From positions 270,001 through 302,000 of the forward strand of contig NC_006055.1 in assembly GCF_000008305.1 (NCBI RefSeq): 32,000 nt of DNA, given 5' to 3'. Source of the DNA: Mesoplasma florum L1. Lineage in GTDB: Bacteria > Bacillota_I > Bacilli_A > Mycoplasmatales > Mycoplasmataceae. A program made the translations under genes and the position numbers. Under the pieces are notes generated by a model that worked only from the letters and a program-made list of their open reading frames with translations, was not told where the DNA came from and did no database searches. Below, piece by piece: positions 11,094 to 21,457 of the stretch; the stretch's first letter is position 1; each line of letters begins with the position of its first letter.

Positions 11094-11124
11094 TTGCATT
11101 AAAGTAGGTTTAATGAAATATGAT
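11094..11124 (+). promoter_or_regulatory. MerR-type promoter/operator, copy 2, upstream of the aldo/keto reductase
   Basis: -35 TTGCAT (11094-11099), a 19-nt spacer with an identical ATTAAA-GTAGG-TTTAAT palindrome, and -10 TATGAT (11119-11124). It lies 33 nt upstream of ATG 11158. Confidence 0.6.
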
Positions 11125-11157
11125 GATATTGAGTTCAAAACTCAGAGGAGATAAAAT

Positions 11158-12144
<987 letters not shown>

Positions 12145-12154
12145 TAAGATATTT

Positions 12155-12185
12155 AAAAACCGTGATATTCATTTCGGTTTTTTTA
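12155..12185 (+). terminator. Rho-independent terminator after the AKR gene
   Basis: AAACCG (12157-12162) pairs with CGGTTT (12175-12180), with inner TGA/TCA pairing, followed by a T-run. Confidence 0.55.
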
Positions 12186-12233
12186 CTTTATAATTATTAA
12201 ATAAATATAATCTTATTATCAGAAAGGGAAAAT

Positions 12234-12734
12234 ATGACAAAATGCAATTTATGTAAATTAGATATAAAACCATATCAATTAAGAAAAAAAGAAGTAAATC
12301 CTTCTCAAACTCAAAATAATCCACATATGTCAAATTTTGGTTTTACAATCATTGGTGCTAGAGTTATGTATAGTCATTTAGGTTGTTATAATTTATATTA
12401 TAAAAAGAATAAATATTGAACTTGAATAGGCGCTTTAATAGCAATAATTGGTATAGCTTTATTCATACCTGGATTTTTTCATTTTTTTAATTCTGTAACT
12501 GATCAAATTGACCCACAAACAAATGATTGAATTATTAATCATGCATTAAGAAAACAAGGAATGATAGAACTAATATGTGCGTCATGTTTAATTATTGGAT
12601 CGATCATAATAATTACTATTGGAAATATTTATGCTAAAAAATTTATTAAAGATGGTTCTCATGCTAATGATTTCATTGATGAAAAAATCAAAATTGAATA
12701 TTATAAAAATATAGATAAAGAAAAAAATATTTAA
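12234..12734 (+). CDS. Hypothetical membrane protein, 166 aa, with a Cys-containing N-terminal domain and two predicted TM helices
   Basis: SD AAAGGGA precedes the ATG. Fragment 12234-12419 continues through TGA codons to TAA 12732-12734. Hydrophobic stretches are IGALIAIIGIALFIPGFF and LICASCLIIGSIIIITIG. I recognise no family. Confidence 0.6.
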
Positions 12735-12766
12735 GATTTCTTTTTAATTGAAAATATAAATAATTA

Positions 12767-12807
12767 AAATATAGATTTTAAGGTACTGCTCTAAATCTAT
12801 ATTTTTT
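12767..12807 (+). terminator. Possible terminator hairpin (AT-rich)
   Basis: Perfect 12-bp inverted repeat AAATATAGATTT (12767-12778) and AAATCTATATTT (12793-12804), with a 14-nt loop, running into a T-run. The stem is almost all A-T, so predicted stability is low. Confidence 0.45.
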
Positions 12808-12862
12808 ATTTTTCATAAGAGTATAATAATTTTTGTAAAGTAAAAATTTAAGGAGAAAATAT

Positions 12863-14143
12863 ATGATTAAAGTTGATTTACAACATTCAGGACTTTCTAT
12901 TGCAGATTTAAATGAAGCTAAAGTTAAAAAAGTTCATGAGATGATCATTAATAAATCTGGAAAAGGTAATGATTTTTTAGGATGAATTGAATGACCAAAA
13001 ACATTTGATAAAAAAGAATATGAAGAAATGAAAAAAGTAGCTTCTTCATTAAGAAATAAAATTGATGTATTAGTAACAGTTGGAATTGGTGGTTCATACT
13101 TAGGTATTAGAGCTGCTGATGAAATGATTAGAGGAATTAATCACTCTGATAAAGTTCAAGTAATTTATGCAGGACATACAATGAGTTCAACTTATGTTGC
13201 TCAGTTATCAGAATACTTAAAAGGTAAAAAATTTGGAATTTGTGTTATTTCTAAATCAGGAACAACTACAGAACCAGGAATTGCTTTTAGAGCATTAGAA
13301 AAACAATTAATTGAACAAGTTGGAGTTGAAGCTTCAAAAGAATTAATTGTTGCTGTAACAGATTCATCAAAAGGAGCTTTAAAAACTTTAGCTGATAATA
13401 AAGGTTACCCAACATTTGTAATCCCAGATGATATTGGTGGACGATTCTCAGTTTTAACACCTGTTGGAATTTTCCCATTATTAGTTGCAGGAGTTAATAC
13501 TGATAATATTTTTGCAGGAGCTATTAAAGCAATGGATGAATTAGTTCAAGGCGATTTAACAAATGAAGCTTATAAATATGCTGCTGCTCGTAATGCTTTA
13601 TATAATGCAGGTTATAAGGCTGAAGCTTTAGTTGCTTATGAACTACAAATGCAATATACTGCAGAATGATGAAAACAATTATTTGGAGAATCAGAAGGAA
13701 AAGACAATAAAGGTTTATATCCTACATCAATGATTTTCTCAACAGATTTACACTCACTAGGACAATGAGTTCAAGAAGGTGCAAGAAACGTATTATTTGA
13801 AACAGTTATTAAAGTAAAAGAACCAGTAGCTAATATGTTAGTTGAAGCTGATACTGATAACTATGATGGTTTAAATTACTTATCAGGTAAATCATTCCAC
13901 GAAATCAACTCAACTGCTATTGAAGGAGTAATTGATGCTCATGTTAATACTGGAAAAATGCCAAATATTGTATTAGAATTTGACAAAATGAATGATGTAC
14001 AATTCGGATACTTAGTTTACTTCTTCGAAATAGCTGTTGCAATGAGTGGATACTTATTAGAAGTTAATCCATTTGATCAACCAGGAGTTGAAGTTTATAA
14101 ATATAATATGTTTAAATTACTAGGAAAACCAGGAGTTAAATAG
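12863..14143 (+). CDS. pgi: Glucose-6-phosphate isomerase, 426 aa
   Basis: SD AAGGAG precedes the ATG. Fragments 13028-13669 and 13835-14143 share the frame of ATG 12863. Motifs are [19 protein letters not shown] and [14 protein letters not shown], where both Trp are TGA. Confidence 0.95.
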
Positions 14144-14180
14144 TAAAAACCAAAAAAATCCATGATTATTTTAAAAAAAT

Positions 14181-14218
14181 AGAACTTTTTCCATAAAAGT
14201 TCTTTTTTTTTTTTTTTT
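14181..14218 (+). terminator. Strong rho-independent terminator after pgi
   Basis: Perfect 9-bp stem AGAACTTTT (14181-14189) pairs with AAAAGTTCT (14195-14203) around a 5-nt loop, followed by an unusually long T tract. Confidence 0.75.
14203..14218. repeat. Homopolymeric T16 tract
   Basis: Counted directly: 16 consecutive T at 14203-14218. It lies between the pgi terminator stem and a TAGAAT -10-like box at 14224-14229. Confidence 0.95.
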
Positions 14219-14257
14219 GTGAGTAGAATAAGACCTATATGAAAGAAAGTGAAACTA

Positions 14258-14962
14258 ATGATAAGTATAAATAATGTAAGTAAAAAATATGGAGAAAAAG
14301 TAGGAAACTTTAATATAAATATACAAATTAAAAAAGGCGAAATTTATGGAATAATAGGTCCTAATGGTGCTGGTAAAACTACTTTAATTAGGCAGATATT
14401 AGGTTTTGTAAAACCCGACGATGGCAATATAACAATTAATTCTATGGATTCATGAGAAAAAAGACAAGAAATAATGGAATGAACAGGTTATATAGCTGGT
14501 GAAGTTAGTATTTATGAAGACTATACAGGGATGCAGTTTTTAAAATTAATGTCTAATTTAAAAGCAAATGTAGATTGATCTTTTGTTGAAAAGCTAATTG
14601 AATATTTTGAACTTGACACATCAAGAAAAATAAAAAAAATGTCAAAAGGAATGAAACAAAAAATAGCTATAATATCAGCAACTATGAATAAACCAGCTTT
14701 TTTAGTATTAGATGAACCAACTTCAGGATTAGATCCAATAATGCAACAGAGATTTAATGAATTGATTTTAAAATTAAAAAAAGAAAATAGCTCAACAGTT
14801 ATAATTTGTTCTCATATTTTTGAAGAAGTTGTAGCACTTGCTGATAATGTAGGAATGATTAAGTCTGGTGAATTAATAGAAGAGTTTGTTATTAAAGAAA
14901 AAAATATCGAAATAATTAGAGAAAAATTTAAAAGTGTTTTTATTAAGGAGAGTATTTTATAA
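14258..14962 (+). CDS. ABC transporter ATP-binding protein (DrrA/BcrA-like, partner of an ABC-2 permease), 234 aa
   Basis: Walker A GPNGAGKTT, signature variant MSKGMKQK, and Walker B FLVLDEPTSGLD. Fragments 14249-14455 and 14639-14962 share a frame. I prefer ATG 14258 (MISINNVSKKYG) over the track's GTG 14249. Confidence 0.85.
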
Positions 14963-15927
14963 TGATAAAAAAAGTTTCAGGGTTTCAAATAATAAAAACT
15001 CATTTAAAGTCTAATTGAAAACTAATTTTATTTTTATTTTTAATTGCTCTTGCAGGATCAGTTCTTGTTTTATGAATTTTTATTCTTGGAGATGCAGGCA
15101 GAAGATATATTGCTCCATGAAGTCTTACTGTAACAAGCTCAGGTCCTTGAGGAACAGGAACATCTTTAAGTGGTGGAATGGGACTTCAATACCCGATTAG
15201 CTCAATATTATTAAGTACGGGTTGTGTATCAATATTTAGCATATTATCTTTAATTTTAATTTTTATAACTTTTAATAAAGAAGTTAAGTCAACTCAAATA
15301 AGTATTTGACTAACATCTCCGGTATCTAAAAAAAATATAATGTTATTTAAATTTTTATTTGTTATTTTAACTTTATTTTTAATTTATTTACCTATGTTTT
15401 TTTCAATAATAATATTTGCTTCTTTATCATATGACGCAGATAAATATTTCATTAATGTATTTGCACAATTAATTTATTTCTTTGTCTTTGTTATTCTTAT
15501 AAGCGCAGTTTTTAGTTTAATTTTAACTACTTTATCAGACAAAGTTACTTTAGCTATAATTCTTTGTGTGGCCATTTTAGTTTGAATGTTTCTTACTTCA
15601 ATAATAATTAGTTTTTCTCATATAACTAAAGCGCGTCAAGAAGACATTGAAGGAACAATAGTTATTGTTTATAGAAGACCTTATAAATGATTAGAAAATT
15701 TCAAATATATTGCACCACAAACTTTATATGCTCAATTTTTAACTTTCAATATGGATAAATACATATTGGATCAATCACCTAAACCAAATGAAATATATGA
15801 AGTAGCTACATTAAAAATTGCAAAAACATGATGATTAGTAATCTCTTTATTTATTAATATAACTTTAATTTGTTTAATTGAAGTTTTGAATTTAAAAATT
15901 GTAAATAAAAAAGATTTCAATATCTAA
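14962..15927 (+). CDS. ABC-2-type transporter permease (multi-pass membrane protein), 321 aa
   Basis: The ATG overlaps the ATPase stop (TAATG). Only fragment 15340-15585 appears in the track, and the frame is open through many TGA codons to TAA 15925-15927. The protein is highly hydrophobic with about six TM segments. Confidence 0.7.
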
Positions 15928-15949
15928 AATCAGCATTGCTGATTTTTTT
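15927..15949 (+). terminator. Rho-independent terminator after the ABC transporter pair
   Basis: AAATCAGC (15927-15934) pairs with GCTGATTT (15938-15945), followed by a T-run. Confidence 0.6.
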
Positions 15950-16035
15950 ATTTCAATACATTTATTTCAATAATTAAATATTTTATAAGATAAAATCATT
16001 AATATATAATATTAAAATTAAAAAGGAGAACATAT

Positions 16036-16539
16036 ATGATTAAAAAAGAAACACTTAAATGATTAAGCGAACAACAAGAATTTTTAGATAATAAAATAAT
16101 AGAAAAACACAATTTAACATTAGATCACGAAATATTCAGAAAAAAACTAATTGCTTTTTGAGTAGAATTGGGTGAATATGCTAATGAAGAAAAGAGTTTT
16201 AAATATTGAAAACAAGGAGCACCTGGTGCTAAAGAAGTTCAGTTAGAAGAATATATTGATGGGTTACACTTTATCATAAGTTTAGGAAATCAAATTAATT
16301 ATAATTTTGAAACTTTTAATTTTAATGATCTAGGATATAACAATAATATTGATTGTTATTTTGAATTAATAAAAGATTTAACTGCTTTAGTTAATCAACC
16401 AAATGATCAAACATTCTCTAAAATTTTAAATTCATTTTTACAAATTGCAAAAGTGCAAAATTATTCTGAAGAAGATTTAATTAAAACTTACAAAGCTAAA
16501 CATGAAAAAAACCAACAAAGACAAGTAGAAAATTATTAA
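16036..16539 (+). CDS. Dimeric (all-alpha, phage/Campylobacter-type) dUTPase family protein, 167 aa
   Basis: This gene is absent from the ORF track because it contains three in-frame TGA codons. SD AAGGAG precedes the ATG. The pattern FWVELGEYANEEKSFKYWK...VQLEEYIDGLHFIISLGNQ...YKAKHEKNQQRQ matches the conserved layout I recall for dimeric dUTPases (dUTPase_2 family). Confidence 0.7.
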
Positions 16540-16540
16540 A

Positions 16541-17296
16541 ATGGAAAAAATAACATCAACATCAAATAAAAAAATCAAAGATTTAATCAAATTAAGAGAT
16601 GATAAAAAATTTCAAACAGTTGAAAATCTTTTTGTAATCGAAGGATTGCACATGGTTAATGAAGCCATTAAAAGAAATATTGTCAAAACTATATTTTTGG
16701 AAGAAAAAATGTTTAGTAAAATTTATGATATCAATAATTTTGAATGCGTTTTAATTTCAGAAAATGTTTCAAATAAAATATCTTCAACTAAAACTAGTCA
16801 AGGAATTTTTGCAACTTGTATATTAGAAGACCAAAAAATCAACATGTTGGAAAATATATTAATTTTAGATCAAATTCAAGATCCTGGTAATATGGGAACT
16901 TTAATTAGAAGTGCAGCTTCTTTTGAATTTCAGACTGTAGTTGCTTCAAATAATTCTGTTAGTTTTTATAATCCTAAAGTTTTGAGATCAACACAAGGAA
17001 ACTTATTTTCAATAAATTTAATAAATGATGATTTAATTAAAACTATCGATGAATTAAAACAAAATAATTACCAAATCATAGGAACTGTTTTGAATGATGA
17101 AACAAAATTTATGAAACAAATAGAATTTAGCAAAAATCAAAAGTATGCGTTAATAATAGGTAATGAAGCAAAGGGCATAAGTGATGAACTTAAACCTTTA
17201 ATAGACATTAATTTAAACATAGAAATGAGCAATGAAGTTGAATCATTAAATGCAGCAATTGCAGGTTCAATTATTATGTATAACATTAAAAAATAA
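16541..17296 (+). CDS. TrmH/SpoU-family RNA 2'-O-methyltransferase (RlmB/YsgA-like), 251 aa
   Basis: Intact ORF starting 1 nt after the previous stop. SpoU motifs are DQIQDPGNMGTLIRSA, LIIGNEAKGIS and ESLNAAIAGSIIMY. Confidence 0.85.
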   Translation: MEKITSTSNKKIKDLIKLRDDKKFQTVENLFVIEGLHMVNEAIKRNIVKTIFLEEKMFSKIYDINNFECVLISENVSNKISSTKTSQGIFATCILEDQKINMLENILILDQIQDPGNMGTLIRSAASFEFQTVVASNNSVSFYNPKVLRSTQGNLFSINLINDDLIKTIDELKQNNYQIIGTVLNDETKFMKQIEFSKNQKYALIIGNEAKGISDELKPLIDINLNIEMSNEVESLNAAIAGSIIMYNIKK

Positions 17297-17314
17297 ATAA
17301 ATTTAATTTTTGTA

Positions 17315-17345
17315 TTGCCTTATAGTAGGTTGAATGTTTTAAAAT
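17315..17345 (+). promoter_or_regulatory. MerR-type promoter/operator, copy 3, upstream of gapN
   Basis: -35 TTGCCT (17315-17320), a 19-nt spacer TATAGTAGGTTGAATGTTT, and -10 TAAAAT (17340-17345). The spacer core matches copies 1 and 2 at 13 of 15 positions (TAaAGTAGGTTtAAT). Confidence 0.5.
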
Positions 17346-17376
17346 TAAATTGCAATCAAATAAAGGAGAATTTAAT

Positions 17377-18795
17377 ATGGAAAAATTCAAAGCAATAATT
17401 AACAATCAAGAAATAGAATCTAACTCTTGATTAGATATTATGGACCCAACAACTGATGAAGTTTATGCACAAGTTAGTGCACTATCTGCTCAAGAAATTG
17501 ACTCAGCATTTAAAGCAGCAAAAGCTGCTCAAAAAAAATGAGAAGCAATTGGTATTGAAAAAAGAACTGAGTTTTTAATTAGATGAAGAGATTTATTGTT
17601 AAAAAACGAAGAAGATTTAGCAACAACAATGATGCATGAAATCGCAAAAGCATATAAAGATTGTTTAACTGAAGTTCGTAGAACAGCTGAATATATAGAT
17701 CTAACAATTTCAGAATATAATGATTTACAAGTTTTAACTTTTGATAAAAATTCTAAAGGTGTTACTGAAGACATTGTTGCTGAATACAAAAGAATAGCAA
17801 AAGGTGTTGGTGTTGGTATTTCACCATTTAACTACCCTATTAATTTAGCTGTTTCTAAATTAGCACCAGGATTATTAACTGGAAATACATTTGTATTTAA
17901 ACCAGCAACTCAAGGTAGTGTTGTAGGTATCAAAATTGGTCAATTAGCCATTGAAGCTGGTATACCAGCTGGTGTATTGAACGTTGTAACTGGACGTGGA
18001 AGAGACATTGGAGATGTTATTGTAACAAACCCATTAATTGACTTCATTTCATTTACAGGAAGTGTACCTGTGGGTAGAAGATTAATGGAAATTTCCAGCT
18101 CAAAAGACTTAGTTTTAGAATTAGGTGGAAAAGATGCAGCTATCTTATTAGATGAACATAACTTAGAAAACATTGCTAAAGATATAGTTGCAGGAGCATT
18201 TAGTTATTCAGGGCAAAGATGTACAGCTATTAAAAGAGTTATTACTACAGACAATATAGCAGATAAGATAACACCATTAATTAAAGCAGAAGTTGCTAAG
18301 TTAACTGTTGGATTACCAAATGAGAATCCTATTATTACACCTATGATTGATAAAAAAAGTGCAGATTTTGTAACTGATCTAATTAATGATGCTGTTAAAA
18401 AAGGAGCAACTTTAGTTTATGGTGGAACTAGAGATAAAAACTTATTACAACCTACATTATTAGATAATGTTACAGTTGAGATGAATGTAGCTTGAGAAGA
18501 ACCATTTGGTCCTGTACTTCCAATTATAAGAATAAATGAAATTGAAGACATGATTAGCGTTGCTAATAAATCAAATTTTGGTTTACAAACTTCAATCTAC
18601 TCAAAAGATGTAGATTTAGCTTATAAAGTTGCTGAGCAATTAGAAGTTGGAACTGTAAATATTAATAGAAGAACTCAAAGAGGACCTGATGTTTTACCTT
18701 TCTTAGGTGTAAAAGATTCAGGATTCGGGGTTCAAGGTATTAAGGAAACTATTTTATCTACAACTCGTTACAGAGGTATAATAATTAAAAAATAA
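17377..18795 (+). CDS. gapN: Non-phosphorylating NADP-dependent glyceraldehyde-3-phosphate dehydrogenase (aldehyde dehydrogenase family), 472 aa
   Basis: SD AAGGAG precedes the ATG. Fragments 17596-18495 and 18550-18795 share the frame of ATG 17377. The catalytic motifs are ELGGKD and SGQRCTAIKR, with FTGS also present. Confidence 0.9.
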
Positions 18796-18801
18796 TAAAC
18801 T

Positions 18802-18828
18802 ATAAGGGTTTTAGAACTCTTATTTTTT
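18802..18828 (+). terminator. Rho-independent terminator after gapN
   Basis: ATAAGGG (18802-18808) pairs with CTCTTAT (18817-18823, one G-U pair), followed by a T-run. Confidence 0.55.
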
Positions 18829-18877
18829 ATTTTTTAGTACTTAAATTAACCTCTTTTTCTATCAAAATACCTAAAAA

Positions 18878-18886
18878 TGGTATAAT
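18878..18886 (+). promoter_or_regulatory. Extended -10 promoter element (TGgTATAAT) for the lipoprotein/permease operon
   Basis: An exact TGNTATAAT lies 49 nt upstream of ATG 18935. SD AAGGGAG is at 18923-18929. Confidence 0.5.
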
Positions 18887-18934
18887 AATATAAATATTTT
18901 TAAATTTATATTAATCAAAGGAAAGGGAGTTAAT

Positions 18935-21430
18935 ATGAAAAAAATGCTTTTAAGCTTAACTGCTGTTAGTATGTTAGCTTCATCGACTGCAACTGTTAGT
19001 TGTACATATACGATGAAAGCTAAAAGTGAATTTGTAAAAAGTATTCAAAAGATAATTAATATTGCAAATGTTTCAGCTGAAGCACAAATATTAACTTCAA
19101 ATAATACACCAGATACTAAATTAGCTATAGACGACTATAGCAATAATAGTAGAAAAATAAATGGAATTGAATATTCAACAACTAATGCAAACATAGGTTA
19201 TTCATATACATTAGATAACTTTAGTGGTATGCAAGCTAATCAATTTTTACCAAAAGAAGATTTAACACTTTCACTTTCAAATAATCCTAATGATGATAAT
19301 ACAAGAATGGATCGTTATTTATTAAAAAACTACGGAAGTAATTGAGTTAATAACATTAATTCATCAAGTATAAAAAATGGTGAAATACATAAAGGTAAAA
19401 AAACAGGTTCAAGTTCTATAACTTCAACAGCAAGTCTAGTTTCATCATTAATTGGTGTTATCTTTGGAAGTGATTTTAGTGTTTCAGAAGCTGGTTTCTT
19501 AAATGATAATATTGCTACTATATTAAACCAATTACCTAATGATACAAAACAAAATTTAGCAAAAACATTAGATGATTTATCAGTTAAATTTAAAACACTT
19601 CCAGAAAGTTTAAAAGAAGGTTTTTCTAACCCTTTAACTAAATATGTTGGACAAACAAAATATAAAGCTATAACTGACATATCTAAAAACTTTTGAACAG
19701 AAATTTTCAAAAAAGATACTGCTGAAAATACTGGTGAAAATTCAACTAATGAAAAAGCTGGAACAGTTAATAAAATGTCTTCAGCACTCCAATATATATT
19801 TACATTGTTATGATATATTCAAGAATATGCTGATATTATAGATGCAAAAATTACACCAGATAATTTAACTAACGTTTTAAACCAAGAAATAAATGCTAAT
19901 GATGTTAAAAACTATGATCAAATAAATCTTAATAAAACTTTTAAAATTTTAAATAATTTTTTAAATCCTGGAAGAGATACAAGAAAAGCAAAAAATCTTG
20001 TTATTGTTCTTTTTGGTATTCCAACATCAGCAGATAAATTTCAACCAAAATCTAATATAATTGTTGAACCAATATTTCAAGCTTTATCAAGTAATTCTTC
20101 AGGTACTCCTGAAACTTATGGTTTAAAATCTAATCAATCTAAAATGTTTGGCTTAAACATAACAGAAATTATAAAATTTTTAAGCGACATTCTTAAAGCA
20201 AATAATTCTTTACCAAAAGAAGTTGTTAAAGAAATTATTAGACTACTGGGTGTTTTACAAGAAATTTTAGCGAGTGAAAATAGAGATACTTATACAATAA
20301 TTCAATCTTTATTGAATGAAGCTGTTTTTAGACCGTTAACAGAAGAAGGAAAATCAGTATTGTTAATAGGTGACATATTATATCTACTTGCAGAATCAGT
20401 AAATGCTAAAAATAACAATAAAGTTGTAATTGATTCAGCTCCATTGTTAAAAATATCAAGTTTAACTGGATCACAAAATCCATTTAGTGCCTTATATGAT
20501 GGTGGACTATTGAAAAGTATTTTCCAAACTATTAATTATTTCACAACAAAAGATGGTTCAAGTGAACCTATGTTTAGTGATGTTGTTATTAAAAACTTTA
20601 AAGACTTAAGTTCAATTTTCAATACAAAAATGGATATAATTTTCACTCAGATGTTAAATATAGATTATGACAATAATATGCAATTTTTATATGGTTTAAA
20701 AAATTCTTCAATAGCAACTATTGTTGATACTATTTCTAAAAAATTCATAGATCCAATAGAAGGAAAAGAATACTTCCTTGATTTAGGTGCTATTAGAAAT
20801 ATAATACTTTCATTGTTTAATAGCTCTTATAATTCTATTTCAATTGAATCAAATGTTTTAGAAAAACCAAATAACTTATTTGCAACTTTAAAAGTTGTTT
20901 CAGCGGCATTAAGAAAACAATCAGTTATTTTTGATGGCAAAGAAGTTAATAATTCAAAATCAATAGTGAATGTTTTAGGTTTAAACCCTAACAATTCAAA
21001 TAAGTTTATGGATGACAGCATTTTTGATGCAATTGCTCAAGCTTATGGTCACGGTGTTGTAACTGAAAGAGACAATGACGGAAAAATAATAAAAAGAACA
21101 GAAATACCTGAAAAAAGAGAAAACACAATCAAAATGATTTCTGTAATGCTTGAAGGAATATCATGAATGTCAAAATCTTCAGAAAGACAATATTACAATG
21201 ACAATTTTGGCCATTTCTTTGATCAACAAAACTGAACAACTCAAATTATTAGTTACACAAATTTTGACAAAATACATAATGATGCCGAAATAAAATATAA
21301 CTTAATTTATCAAAACAAAAAATACAAAATTAAAGAAATTTATCAAGTTACTTTAAAAAGAGATAAAGCCCCATTGAATGAATCAATAGGAAATAAATAT
21401 TTCTATATTACAAATATAACTAGAAAATAA
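18935..21430 (+). CDS. Putative surface lipoprotein, 831 aa, first gene of the giant-permease cluster
   Basis: The N-terminus MKKMLLSLTAVSMLASSTATVSC has lipobox TVSC. Fragments 18935-19345 and 20144-21166 share a frame. I hand-translated 19346-19825 as open, with only TGA codons intervening. Stop is TAA 21428-21430. Confidence 0.8.
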
Positions 21431-21457
21431 TAAACACAAAAAGGAAAGGAAGCGTTT

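Noticed and set aside
12822-12827. A TATAAT box upstream of pgi, and similar isolated TATAAT-like hexamers upstream of sufS (8231-8236), of the dUTPase gene (16005-16010) and on the minus strand at 8186-8181
   Set aside because: They are plausible -10 boxes. However, TATAAT-like hexamers are frequent in sequence this AT-rich, and none has a convincing -35 or TG extension. I therefore did not list them as features.
14239-14257. Alternative starts for the ABC ATPase: ATG 14239 and GTG 14249
   Set aside because: ATG 14239 is in a different frame. GTG 14249 is in frame but adds only MKL in front of the canonical MISINNVSKKYG start. The choice remains uncertain by 9 nt.
15015-15200. Plus-strand ORF 15015-15200 (61 aa, Cys/Arg-rich)
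   Set aside because: It is in a different frame from the ABC-2 permease, which runs 14962-15927 and gives a coherent hydrophobic multi-TM protein when TGA is read as Trp. This is an alternative-frame artefact.
17529-18173. Minus-strand ORFs 17529-17789 and 17940-18173
   Set aside because: They are antisense to gapN, whose plus-strand translation carries unambiguous aldehyde dehydrogenase catalytic motifs.
19330-21021. Minus-strand ORFs 19330-19710 and 20827-21021 inside the 831-aa lipoprotein gene
   Set aside because: The plus-strand frame is continuously open under table 4, which I checked by hand for 19346-19825. The antisense ORFs have no SD and are shadow frames.
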